Virus record (IMG/VR): IMGVR_UViG_3300033463_006479
Location: 64,001 to 128,000 of that record
Length of the DNA stretch: 64,000 bases
Source of the DNA: a virus
Taxonomy: Duplodnaviria; Caudoviricetes
Direction: 5' to 3' (one strand)
The number at the start of each line of letters is the position of its first letter. Positions within the stretch are counted from its first letter, which is position 1. The position numbers were made by a program, and so were the translations under genes. This document shows, piece after piece, positions 49,061 through 57,929 of this stretch. Below the pieces are notes generated by a model. It did no database searches, was not told the DNA's origin, and worked only from the letters and a program-made list of their open reading frames with translations.

Positions 49061-49069
49061 TTCACGAAA

Positions 49070-49711
49070 CTATCTGAATGTTGGCTGGTATTCTGGATGG
49101 TCTGCAAGCGGGCAGTCAATACACAATGCATCAATGCTTGTAACGCTTGACACATCCCATCCAGATATGTCTTGCAAGAAACTTTTAGCACCTTTGAATA
49201 TGCCGTCCATACTTTTTACACTTGACACATCCCATCCAGATATGTCTTGGTTGAAACTTTCTGCGTGGCAAAACATACCTTCCATATGCTCAACTCCAGA
49301 CACATCCCATTTGGATATGTCGCAGTTGAAATCAAGGGCATAGTCAAACATATAACACATATTTTTAACTTTTGAAACATTCCATTTTGAAATGTCTCCG
49401 TTAAAATGTGTTGTGGAAAACATACAATACATATTAGCAACATTGCTGACATCCCACTTGGAAATGTCGCCATTGAACTTTATACAATGAAAAAGATAGG
49501 ACATATCATTTATATCAGAAACGTCTATATCGTTCAAATCGCAATTTTCGCCTTCATTTTCAATTCTATATGATATAAGTTCTTCAAGTTCCTTTGTTGT
49601 TTTCGGAAAATACTTGTACAAAAGACTTTTTTTGTTGGAAAGTCTTGCTTTTGTAATCGGTTTTATTGAAAGTTTCTCGCTTATATAGTTTTGCGAATCA
49701 AGTATTCTCAT
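49070..49711 (-). CDS. BspA/DUF285-type LRR protein, tagged
   Basis: YISEKLSIKPITKARL + DUF285 repeats; late promoter 49727-49734(-). Confidence 0.85.
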   Translation of the reverse strand: MRILDSQNYISEKLSIKPITKARLSNKKSLLYKYFPKTTKELEELISYRIENEGENCDLNDIDVSDINDMSYLFHCIKFNGDISKWDVSNVANMYCMFSTTHFNGDISKWNVSKVKNMCYMFDYALDFNCDISKWDVSGVEHMEGMFCHAESFNQDISGWDVSSVKSMDGIFKGAKSFLQDISGWDVSSVTSIDALCIDCPLADHPEYQPTFR

Positions 49712-49734
49712 AAATGTTTATTTCTATATTTATA

Positions 49735-49765
49735 AAAAACGCACCGACATTTCTGCGGTGCGTTT
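49735..49765 (-). terminator. Intrinsic terminator
   Basis: aaaaacgcaccg..cggtgcgttt hairpin downstream of NUDIX gene. Confidence 0.55.
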
Positions 49766-49792
49766 CATAGATAAACAATAAACTATAATATA

Positions 49793-50236
49793 TCAGTTGT
49801 TGAAACTGTCAATGATTTCAAACTTGTTCCACAATACTTTATTGAATTTGTTCCGTTCATTCTTCGTTATCACGGCATATCCGTTCACTTCTGGAAGTTG
49901 TTTGCCGTTGCAATCAAAGAACGATTTGCATTTGAAAACCGACAAATCTGGAAACTGATTTATGCGGCATAAGAATATATGTATATTCTTTTCCTTGTTG
50001 TGATTGTGTGTTCCGCAGTCAATTATATACGGCTCACCATTTGAGAACAATGTTTCGATTTTAACGCCAGTTTCTTCAGAGAACTCACGTTTGGCTGCAT
50101 CAATATCGGATTCGTCATCCTCAACAAGACCTTTTGGAAAATCATATCCACAGTTGTCTGGCCGTCCAGTTGCGTGGCAGGCCAATATGCTTCCGTTTCC
50201 GTCAATAAGTACAAGTGCCGCTGTTACTTTTTTCAT
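49793..50236 (-). CDS. NUDIX hydrolase (T4 NudE-like)
   Basis: DFPKG.VE..ESDIDAAKREFSEETG Nudix box. Confidence 0.85.
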   Translation of the reverse strand: MKKVTAALVLIDGNGSILACHATGRPDNCGYDFPKGLVEDDESDIDAAKREFSEETGVKIETLFSNGEPYIIDCGTHNHNKEKNIHIFLCRINQFPDLSVFKCKSFFDCNGKQLPEVNGYAVITKNERNKFNKVLWNKFEIIDSFNN

Positions 50237-50278
50237 AATGATTCAAATTATATATTTTAATTTTACGCATTAACATAT

Positions 50279-50524
50279 CTAAACCGATGCTTTTTGTGTC
50301 TTGAGCAAATACTTGTTCAATCCTTTGCGAAGTTCTTCGGTGAAATAATAGTTTGTCGTATAACCTTCTCGTGTAGCCCATTTGTCAAATATCTTTTTGA
50401 ACTCCTTGCCATCAACATCTTCTGGTATGTCCATACCGAATGTGTCCACAAGATTGAGTATTCCAGTCTTGTTATGCAAGATATCGAAAAGTGTTATTCG
50501 TTTTGGTAATTGTTTGATTAGCAT
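50279..50524 (-). CDS. Hypothetical protein
   Basis: Packed operon ORF. Confidence 0.5.
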   Translation of the reverse strand: MLIKQLPKRITLFDILHNKTGILNLVDTFGMDIPEDVDGKEFKKIFDKWATREGYTTNYYFTEELRKGLNKYLLKTQKASV

Positions 50525-50535
50525 ATCAATATTTT

Positions 50536-50778
50536 TTAATCAAAATACGTGTAACCTTTCCAAGATGTATCAACCGCTTTCGGCTCTGGTTCAAGTCCGA
50601 TTAAGGATTTCAAGTGAACACGCATAACGGTGTTCGGTCTTGCTCCGTTTTTCCCATATTCAAGCAGCCGTATCTTTGCTGTCTTGTTTGTTTTTGACAA
50701 AACTTCGCAGCGTGTTTTGTGCCACACATCGGCAAAAGCCTCACGCCATCTGTAAAAAATAGTTTTTCCGTTTTCCAT
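50536..50778 (-). CDS. Hypothetical protein
   Basis: First gene after promoter copy 7. Confidence 0.55.
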   Translation of the reverse strand: MENGKTIFYRWREAFADVWHKTRCEVLSKTNKTAKIRLLEYGKNGARPNTVMRVHLKSLIGLEPEPKAVDTSWKGYTYFD

Positions 50779-50797
50779 ATCTGATGTTTTTGTGACG

Positions 50798-50865
50798 CAA
50801 AAATACAAAAACATCCAATACAATGTAATGTGTTTTTGAAAAAGTTTTCAACAAAGTTATCAACA
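50798..50865 (-). promoter_or_regulatory. Early promoter copy 7
   Basis: caaaaata 50798; ttttcaaca 50845, ttatcaaca 50857. Confidence 0.7.
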
Positions 50866-51405
50866 CTAAAACAATGCCGTTTTCTTTTCTGTCTTTGGTT
50901 TAGGCTCGTATAAGTATTTGATGAAATCCCCAAGATGTCGGTCGTTCAAATCAATTCTTCTCACATTGTCCGCATTCTGCATTTTCCGCATAAGTGTTTT
51001 TTCAATATAATTGTTCTGTTCAAACCTTGTTGTTGTCGGGCAGCTTCGCTTCAATTCACTCCATCCTTGGTCGTTTGTTATAAAAAGCGTGTTGTCTTTG
51101 AAAAACTGTGCATAAAGAATTTTGGTGTTTTCGCCATTTTGTTTTTTCGCCCATTCCAACGCCTCAAAATCTGCCTTGTCCATAACAAGGTCTCCGTATT
51201 TGGTGCTGTTGAAATCACGTTGTTTCAGATTAAACAAATAGTTGCATCCGTTTTTCAATCCTTTCACATCATATCCGCAACCTTTATGTCCTTTCACAAC
51301 ACCTTCAAAATTGTCGTATGCTATCATAAGCATCATAAATAATTTGATGCTGTCATTGTCGCCACTAACATTGTGGTCTTCCTTGTTCTGCGTTTTTGTA
51401 TTCAT
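50866..51405 (-). CDS. Hypothetical protein, possible PD-(D/E)XK fold, ends in ALF
   Basis: GYDV....Y.F.LKQR...S..Y.D...K pattern; weak. Confidence 0.5.
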   Translation of the reverse strand: MNTKTQNKEDHNVSGDNDSIKLFMMLMIAYDNFEGVVKGHKGCGYDVKGLKNGCNYLFNLKQRDFNSTKYGDLVMDKADFEALEWAKKQNGENTKILYAQFFKDNTLFITNDQGWSELKRSCPTTTRFEQNNYIEKTLMRKMQNADNVRRIDLNDRHLGDFIKYLYEPKPKTEKKTALF

Positions 51406-51464
51406 ATTCAAATAATATCGTATATACCAATATAATAAAAAACTTGAAAATATGCAACAGCACT

Positions 51465-51472
51465 TATAAATA
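51465..51472 (+). promoter_or_regulatory. T4-type late promoter TATAAATA
   Basis: Upstream of 51497. Confidence 0.6.
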
Positions 51473-51496
51473 ATATCGGAACAAATATAGAATAAT

Positions 51497-52495
51497 ATGA
51501 GGATATTAAGGTCAAGCCAGTTTATAGCCGAGGGTGCTGGTGCTGGATATAAAGTTAAATTTGAAGGTTTGAAATTTGATTTAGCCACAGCTGAATTTAC
51601 TGGGGAACGCATAATGATTGACGATGAGGAATATTGGAAAATCAAAATAGGCATTAAGCACGATTTTGTTGATAGATGGGAAACTGAAAGTTACTATGAA
51701 TGTATGACATCAGACGGAGATGATAATTTCTTCTTTTATGACGGTGACAATGACCGTTTGATTGATGGCGGTGTATCGTTTTGGGTTGTGTCAAAAACGG
51801 AATTTCTTGAGTATGTGTCAAGAAATTATGAGTTTCAAGTGGATGAAAAACTTGATATAAAACCAATAACTGGGAGCTGGTTGAGGTCAACGGCACAAGC
51901 ATCAGCCGAAATGAGAAAGAAGATAATAAACTATACACAATATTTAAGAGAATTTTTTGATGACGAATGCGGCGATTCCAGAGACCTTGAATTTAATTAT
52001 GGATGTGGTTGGGGACACGTAAATCTTCCAAATCCGATTGTGCTTGGAGGCGATGTGAAAGACAAGGAATATCCATTTATTGAGTATTCTGATGGTTATG
52101 GAAATCTTTATATAAACTGTTATGAATTGCAAATAAACTGCGAGCAAATTGTTAATGACATAAATTATTTTTATGAATATGTTGATTATGCCAATGGAGA
52201 ATATGACACATATCACGATGATAATGATGGTATGGATTATTTAAAGGTTTCAGATGATAGTATTTTATCAGAAATAGATTCAGAATTTGATGAAAACGAA
52301 TATGAAAAATTGTGCAAGGATGCTATTGAAAGACTGAAAAACAAATATGGCATCCCATTTTATATGTTTGATATAAACGGAAGGCACGTGTATATTGAAG
52401 ACCAATTAGAAAACAGAAAAAACTTTAACAGTATAGAATTTGATGTCAAGAATGAGCAAGAAGATATTATAAAGAAACTAAACGGAAATTCATAA
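51497..52495 (+). CDS. Acidic protein with CTS-like start (MRILRSSQFIAE) and internal tag (VDEKLDIKPIT)
   Basis: Sequence motifs; late promoter. Confidence 0.75.
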   Translation: MRILRSSQFIAEGAGAGYKVKFEGLKFDLATAEFTGERIMIDDEEYWKIKIGIKHDFVDRWETESYYECMTSDGDDNFFFYDGDNDRLIDGGVSFWVVSKTEFLEYVSRNYEFQVDEKLDIKPITGSWLRSTAQASAEMRKKIINYTQYLREFFDDECGDSRDLEFNYGCGWGHVNLPNPIVLGGDVKDKEYPFIEYSDGYGNLYINCYELQINCEQIVNDINYFYEYVDYANGEYDTYHDDNDGMDYLKVSDDSILSEIDSEFDENEYEKLCKDAIERLKNKYGIPFYMFDINGRHVYIEDQLENRKNFNSIEFDVKNEQEDIIKKLNGNS

Positions 52496-52503
52496 TTGAA
52501 CTT

Positions 52504-53253
52504 TTAAAACAATGGTTTTGCCGACCGTTCATCCTCTATGCGTTTTGTTGCTATGTCAAAATAGTCCTTGTTGCTTTCAAAACCTATATAATGTCGGTTT
52601 TCCTTTATGCAGGCGACTGCGGTTGTCCCGCTGCCTATGCAGTTGTCGAGAATCACATCGCCTTCATTTGAATATGTGCGTACAAGGTATCTGAAAAGTT
52701 CCAGAGGTTTCTGTGTCGGGTGCAGTCCGACCTCAACATTGAACTTCTGCCAAGATGAAGGAACTCTCATATCTGAACATTTGTTTGTTTCACGCACACC
52801 GAAATCCCTATAATTTGATGACTGGCTGTCAAACTTCACGTTGTACTGGACACGGGCAAGCCCGCTTCCGCTGCGTTCCTGCATCTGTTTGTTGTAAGTC
52901 CATTTGCCTTTGCTGAACACAAGGATTTCCTCGTGTTCCTTGAACGGCTCTCTGACCGTATTTGCGAAATTAGAGCCACGGTTTTTAATCCATATCCATT
53001 CGTGTCTGAAGTCCTTTATGTTACTCATAACAAGCATAGACGTGAACGGCTGGCTTGCTGTAAGGACAATGGCCGCAGTAGGTTTGCATATTCTGTCGTA
53101 TGCAGCCCATAATTTGTCAAAAGGTATAACGACATCCCATTTGTTCTTTGTAGTGCCGTAAGGCAAATCGCATATAACGCAATCAATGCTTTTGTCTGGT
53201 ATCCGCCTCATTCCTTCAAGGCAGTCCTCATTGTAAATGACATCAAGTTCCAT
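52504..53253 (-). CDS. DNA methyltransferase (beta class)
   Basis: CDLPYG, HPTQKP, DNCIGSGTT. Confidence 0.9.
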   Translation of the reverse strand: MELDVIYNEDCLEGMRRIPDKSIDCVICDLPYGTTKNKWDVVIPFDKLWAAYDRICKPTAAIVLTASQPFTSMLVMSNIKDFRHEWIWIKNRGSNFANTVREPFKEHEEILVFSKGKWTYNKQMQERSGSGLARVQYNVKFDSQSSNYRDFGVRETNKCSDMRVPSSWQKFNVEVGLHPTQKPLELFRYLVRTYSNEGDVILDNCIGSGTTAVACIKENRHYIGFESNKDYFDIATKRIEDERSAKPLF

Positions 53254-53516
53254 CAAATGATGTTTTTGGTTCAACAATAATCATTCTCTCCAGTTATGGA
53301 ATGACAGCACCAAGTTCTGTCATCGCAATCCCAGCAGCAGCCGTCACAATGGTCGCTGTATTCGTTATACGCTTGAACTGGTTCGGTTTCTTCTGGCATT
53401 TGTCTGGTTTTCATTATTTATATAAACAAAAAAGCCGCACCAGATAACTGATGCGGCCTAAACATAGGTGAAAGACACGAAACCGAATATCAAGTCGGTT
53501 TCAATAAGGAAATGCA

Positions 53517-53900
53517 TTATGCCATAGAACCTTTTCGGTCATTGGCATATTTTTCAAAGAACATATTGAGCAACTGGTTAATCATTGTGCTGACCAATGC
53601 GGAAACAGTATCAACACCGACAAGTTTTCCTTTGTCAATATCTTCATATCCGATTGCGCCATTGACAAAAACTTTCGTTATGCCGTCATAAGCGATACCG
53701 ATACTGACATTGGCGGTTTTGTCCGTATCAATGACAGATTTTAGAATGTCAGACACAAGTTTAAACATTGCCTGCGTTGTGATTGCAGTAGTTCCATAAA
53801 TGGTTTTTACTGGTGTGTTCACCTCAACATAAACAGACGGGTTTCCGAACATCGCTGCTTTTTCCACGACTTCGGTTTTTGTTTCAGATTTGAAAAACAT
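53517..53900 (-). CDS. Hypothetical protein
   Basis: 127-aa ORF downstream of tRNAs, followed by hairpin 53431-53458. Confidence 0.55.
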   Translation of the reverse strand: MFFKSETKTEVVEKAAMFGNPSVYVEVNTPVKTIYGTTAITTQAMFKLVSDILKSVIDTDKTANVSIGIAYDGITKVFVNGAIGYEDIDKGKLVGVDTVSALVSTMINQLLNMFFEKYANDRKGSMA

Positions 53901-53925
53901 AATTTTTGGTTTGGTTAATAATATG

Positions 53926-54000
53926 TGGTCAAGGCAGGACTCGAACCTGCGACCTCTTGTGTATCAGACAAGCTATCTAATCCAGCTGATATACTTGACC
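53926..54000 (-). tRNA. tRNA-Ile(GAT)
   Basis: Cloverleaf; cttgt-ctGATac-acaag; GTTCGAGTCC T-arm. Confidence 0.9.
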
Positions 54001-54006
54001 ATTTTG

Positions 54007-54077
54007 AGTTCTTGGTTGGATTTGAACCAACGTTGACGGTTTTGCAGACCGCCTCCTAACCGCTCGGACACAAGAAC
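54007..54077 (-). tRNA. tRNA-Cys(GCA)
   Basis: gcggt-ctGCAaa-accgt. Confidence 0.9.
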
Positions 54078-54277
54078 ATATAAAGCGGCACACATAGCAT
54101 TGTGCGTTCCGCATAAGCAACCTTCAGCACAAGAAAACTTTTAAAGAGGCAGTTGCTCTCAAGGGATAGAGTTTGCCTTACATCCGATACAACCATTTTG
54201 AATGCTTGGCTATTCTTTTCTTATTTGAGTCGGAGACATAATACAATTTTTGCCGCATAATGTTTGCCGCATTTTGT

Positions 54278-54527
54278 TGGCACGGAGGGAATCGAACCCC
54301 CACTGAAAACCGTGTTCCTGCTTTTTCGGTTTACCGCTGCTTTATTTCCAATTTATTGCCAGCGGTCTCTTCTTTTGCAATGGCGTTCCGTATAATCGTC
54401 TTTTGGAATTGCCAGATAATACTTTCCGCTATGCCGACTGCTTTACTTTCGGCGAAGTCCAGTTGAGCCAAGCCCCGCACCCGCAAACGCTTTCGCTTAA
54501 TTGCGGATGGTTCTGTACCACAGTGCC
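54278..54527 (-). ncRNA. 250-nt RNA with tRNA-like acceptor stem and T-arm but large central insert
   Basis: 5' GGCAC pairs with 3' GUGCCA; GGGGG-UUCGAUU-CCCUC T-arm. Confidence 0.5.
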
Positions 54528-54631
54528 AATATATACGAGAAGCGAAGAATGTTCCAAGTTAAATTGATAGGATTTAATTGTAATTCAAGTTTGCTGTATG
54601 CTTCTCTTTTGTGTTGTTTTATGTCAAAGAA

Positions 54632-55078
54632 CTACCACTTTTCTGGAAACTTAACCGTGAACGGCTGGTTTCTGTAAAGGTATTTGTCATATTGCATTTT
54701 ATGCTTGCGCATATTGTCAAGTTCGGTGAAATCAACCTCAATGGGACATTTTCCGCCAAGTCGGAACAATTTATATTCATATTTTCCTTTGTCCTCGGAA
54801 AACAGATTTCCATTACGAAGTGCATAAAGTGTTTCACGAAGTTCCAACCAGAGTTTCTGGTTTGGCGAGTTTGCGTTTTGTACGGATTTTGGATAAGACT
54901 TCTTGTTTTTCTGCAAATACCCATAACAACGATTCGCATAAGCCTCTCCCAATTTGATTACGCCATAAACTTTGACACGTTTGGGTTCAAACGACATAGA
55001 GAACGAGTTTTCGCAATAGCCGCAGATTTCGCCAGTAGTCAAATCCTTTCTCAATATGACATATCTTCTGTCTTTCAT
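54632..55078 (-). CDS. Hypothetical basic protein
   Basis: First gene after promoter copy 8. Confidence 0.6.
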   Translation of the reverse strand: MKDRRYVILRKDLTTGEICGYCENSFSMSFEPKRVKVYGVIKLGEAYANRCYGYLQKNKKSYPKSVQNANSPNQKLWLELRETLYALRNGNLFSEDKGKYEYKLFRLGGKCPIEVDFTELDNMRKHKMQYDKYLYRNQPFTVKFPEKW

Positions 55079-55098
55079 ATCCGTTTTTGTTTACGCCG

Positions 55099-55165
55099 CA
55101 AAAATACAACAATTATTTCAAATGTCAATACTTTTTCAAAAAAGTTATCAACAGAGTTATCAACA
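55099..55165 (-). promoter_or_regulatory. Early promoter copy 8
   Basis: caaaaata 55099; ttatcaaca 55145 and 55157. Confidence 0.7.
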
Positions 55166-55531
55166 AGAGGAATCAACAAGACATCCTTCAGAAAACGGCT
55201 TGTCTTCTGGCTTTATGTTATATGGAAAGTCAATAAAGCACAATATACTTGTCTGCGGAACTTTCAATTCATATTCACAAATGACATCTTTCAAAAAGAA
55301 ATTAATCTCAATCTCTGTTTCAAAGTCATATCCAAATCTATCGGAAATCACTTTTCCAAACCAGAGCCTTCCGTCACTTGAAGCATCAAGCGCAGTCCTT
55401 TGTGCTGCCTTTACAGCAACGCCATCCTTAAATCTGATATACTTTTGTAATTGTATGCACCAATAATACTTGTCTTTCAGCTTGTAATATTTGTCAAATT
55501 CTATCATAACATATAATTTAAAGTTGTTCAA
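55160..55531 (-). CDS. Hypothetical protein
   Basis: Packed operon ORF; start uncertain. Confidence 0.5.
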   Translation of the reverse strand: MNNFKLYVMIEFDKYYKLKDKYYWCIQLQKYIRFKDGVAVKAAQRTALDASSDGRLWFGKVISDRFGYDFETEIEINFFLKDVICEYELKVPQTSILCFIDFPYNIKPEDKPFSEGCLVDSSC

Positions 55532-55759
55532 CGATTTTTATGAATTTGCCGTTTTTTCTGAAACACATCATATCATCAATGCGGAATTTCCATTTTTTAG
55601 ACCATATAGAAACAACAATAGTGTTATTATTAGGCATACTTATCACTTTACCTTTAAGCCATTGCAACGGCTTTTTTGAAGGAACTTCACAATATGATGT
55701 CGGCAATGCCATTTTAATCCGCATACCGACATACGGCTCGGTTATGTCTTTTTTATTTT

Positions 55760-56782
55760 TCATTGTTCTGAAATTATTGGTTTGATTACACGCATACAAT
55801 CTCTTGTAAAATTATATCGGTCAAGATAGTTTCCAGCAACAACAGCATCATAGACTTTTCCAACTTCTGTCGTGCTTTCAACAACATTGGTTGTCGCCGA
55901 TGCGAACTGGTTGTTATCATCAATCATAGAGCATACCATCAAAAGTGGCTGTTTTATATAAACTGGGTTTTTAAATCTGTGAGGCATAATGTAATATACA
56001 TTGTCCTCGCAAGCACAAGACGTACAATACCCACCAATTTTTTCAAGAAATGCTTTTTTCTTGAATGCCAAAGGTTGTGATGATGAAGATAAAAACGACC
56101 AAGAATAGTCAGTATCAGATGTAACAAATGAACTTTTCAAAACCAAAGAGATGTATGGTATTCTTATTGTGTCATTTCTATAAATTATTTGTTTCAATTT
56201 TATTTCACCTTTTAAGTATTTGTCTTTGTATTCCGAATATCCAACGCCATCAAAACCCATATTGTCAAGTATTTCTATAGGTCTTGTGTCATCTGGCATT
56301 TTTGATAATCCGATTTCTGTATTATGGTTATAAAACGCACCGCTTACCAGATTTTGACTAATACACCAAGAACGCATACCCGTAAAAAATTCGCTGTCCT
56401 TATATGTATTCACAGCATTTTGTATCTTTGACAAAGTGCCTTCATAAATGAAATCATCACTATCAAGAGTGAATATCACATCGGAATCACCGTCATAAGA
56501 AGCCAAGTCTATGCACTTGTTACGCATAATGCCATACCTACCATTCTCAACAGAAATACCATCAAGCGGGTCGTGATAGACTTTTATTTTCTCTTTGCAA
56601 TGTTTAAACGAAACGCCTTGCATTTCTACGAAGAATCGTTCAACATATTCTTTGACACAGCCATCTTTTGAATTGTCAAGAATAATCCATTCCCAATCAT
56701 CAAAATCTTGCGAACAAACATTTATAAGACGAGCGTTCTGCCAAGGAACTATTTTATTGCACGGCGTAATTATACTAATCAT
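55760..56782 (-). CDS. Glycosyltransferase family 2
   Basis: MISIITP, Q.F.DWEWIILDN.S, RN, LDSDD, ED motifs. Confidence 0.8.
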   Translation of the reverse strand: MISIITPCNKIVPWQNARLINVCSQDFDDWEWIILDNSKDGCVKEYVERFFVEMQGVSFKHCKEKIKVYHDPLDGISVENGRYGIMRNKCIDLASYDGDSDVIFTLDSDDFIYEGTLSKIQNAVNTYKDSEFFTGMRSWCISQNLVSGAFYNHNTEIGLSKMPDDTRPIEILDNMGFDGVGYSEYKDKYLKGEIKLKQIIYRNDTIRIPYISLVLKSSFVTSDTDYSWSFLSSSSQPLAFKKKAFLEKIGGYCTSCACEDNVYYIMPHRFKNPVYIKQPLLMVCSMIDDNNQFASATTNVVESTTEVGKVYDAVVAGNYLDRYNFTRDCMRVIKPIISEQ

Positions 56783-57051
56783 TGCATATTGTCAAAAAAT
56801 GTTATGATAATGGGTGAATTTTGAATATACGGAAGTGAGCGTATGGTGTTGTATGATATAAAGTCAGCGGCTTCGTCCGCATCCATACCATCAACTTCCA
56901 TAAGATGCTCAATCATCTTGTCGTAGTCATACACAGCCCTGCCGTCATCAGTAAGGCCGACACAAGCAGTGTCATAAGACGGGTCTTCAAAAACAACGGT
57001 TTCCTCATAACCGAAGTTTGACAAAAATTCTTTAAGTTCCTCTTGTTTCAT
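56779..57051 (-). CDS. Conserved phage hypothetical protein
   Basis: YD.A.VG....R.VYDY.KM...L...DGM..EA.DFI.YN. Confidence 0.65.
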   Translation of the reverse strand: MKQEELKEFLSNFGYEETVVFEDPSYDTACVGLTDDGRAVYDYDKMIEHLMEVDGMDADEAADFISYNTIRSLPYIQNSPIIITFFDNMQ

Positions 57052-57071
57052 ATTATAAATGGTTTAATTTG

Positions 57072-57157
57072 CGGAGGCGGTAGGATTCGAACCTACGGGG
57101 GTTATTAGCCCCAACGGTTTTCAAGACCGCCGCCATAAACCACTCGGCCACGCCTCC
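57072..57157 (-). tRNA. tRNA-Ser(TGA)
   Basis: gcggt-ctTGAaa-accgt, long variable arm. Confidence 0.9.
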
Positions 57158-57192
57158 ATACATATATAATAAAAAATAAATGGAAATGTTTG

Positions 57193-57263
57193 CAGGCAGT
57201 CAAGGACTCGAACCTCAATCTCTGGTTTTGGAGACCAGCATTCTACCATTGAACTAACCACCT
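57193..57263 (-). tRNA. tRNA-Trp(CCA)
   Basis: ctggt-ctCCAaa-accag. Confidence 0.9.
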
Positions 57264-57401
57264 ATAAGGCGGATATATTACCGACAGCCCGCCACTGTCC
57301 GCCGACACATACGATTCGGTGTTGAATGCGGCAACCTATCGGTTGGCTTCAAGAATGGTACGTTCCAGACTACTTGAGCTCATTTCATCTGACTTTTATT
57401 G

Positions 57402-57484
57402 CGGAGAGCAGTGTACTCGAAACACACTCCATAGGAGCAGCACGTTTAGCAGACGGCTACAGCAGCCTCACTGTTTTACTCTCC
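57402..57484 (-). tRNA. tRNA-Ser(GCT), atypical D/T arms
   Basis: cgt-ctGCTaa-acg; ggagagt/gctctcc acceptor; long variable arm. Confidence 0.65.
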
Positions 57485-57492
57485 ATAAAATT

Positions 57493-57640
57493 GCTTCCAC
57501 GACTGGACTCGAACCAGCAGTACCGCCGCTAATCGTGTTGTCGGCGGGCAACCTTTACGTCTCACTCCCAAGACTACTATCTAACAGACCACGACATCTG
57601 TATCAAGCGTAGGTATACCAAATTCCCTATCACGCAGAAG
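57493..57640 (-). ncRNA. tRNA-like RNA with ~95-nt insert replacing the anticodon arm
   Basis: Acceptor cttctgcg/cgtggaag, D-arm tagg-gaatttggtata-ccta, T-arm gctgg-ttcgagt-ccagt. Confidence 0.55.
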
Positions 57641-57643
57641 TTG

Positions 57644-57718
57644 TGCGAGGTGAGGGATTTGAACCCCCGACTCCCTGCTTGTAGGGCAGGTGTTCTGAAC
57701 CAACTGAACTAACCTCGC
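57644..57718 (-). tRNA. tRNA-Val(TAC)
   Basis: cctgc-ccTACaa-gcagg (C33 atypical). Confidence 0.85.
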
Positions 57719-57855
57719 AAAAAACACGCCAAACCAGTCTTGTATCGTCAAATTAAACTAACCGCTGGCACAAACCATATGGCATTTTATGGTTGCTTTT
57801 CAAAGGCCAGCAATGTGCCCACAACGAAGGGACACAAACTTTGGCGTTTGTTTTG

Positions 57856-57929
57856 TGCCGCTGGGTGGATTCGAACCACCGTCTCCTCCTTATGAGAGAG
57901 GCGCAAGAAACCACCTCCGCTACAGCGAC
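57856..57929 (-). tRNA. tRNA-Met/Ile2(CAT)
   Basis: cctct-ctCATaa-ggagg. Confidence 0.75.
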
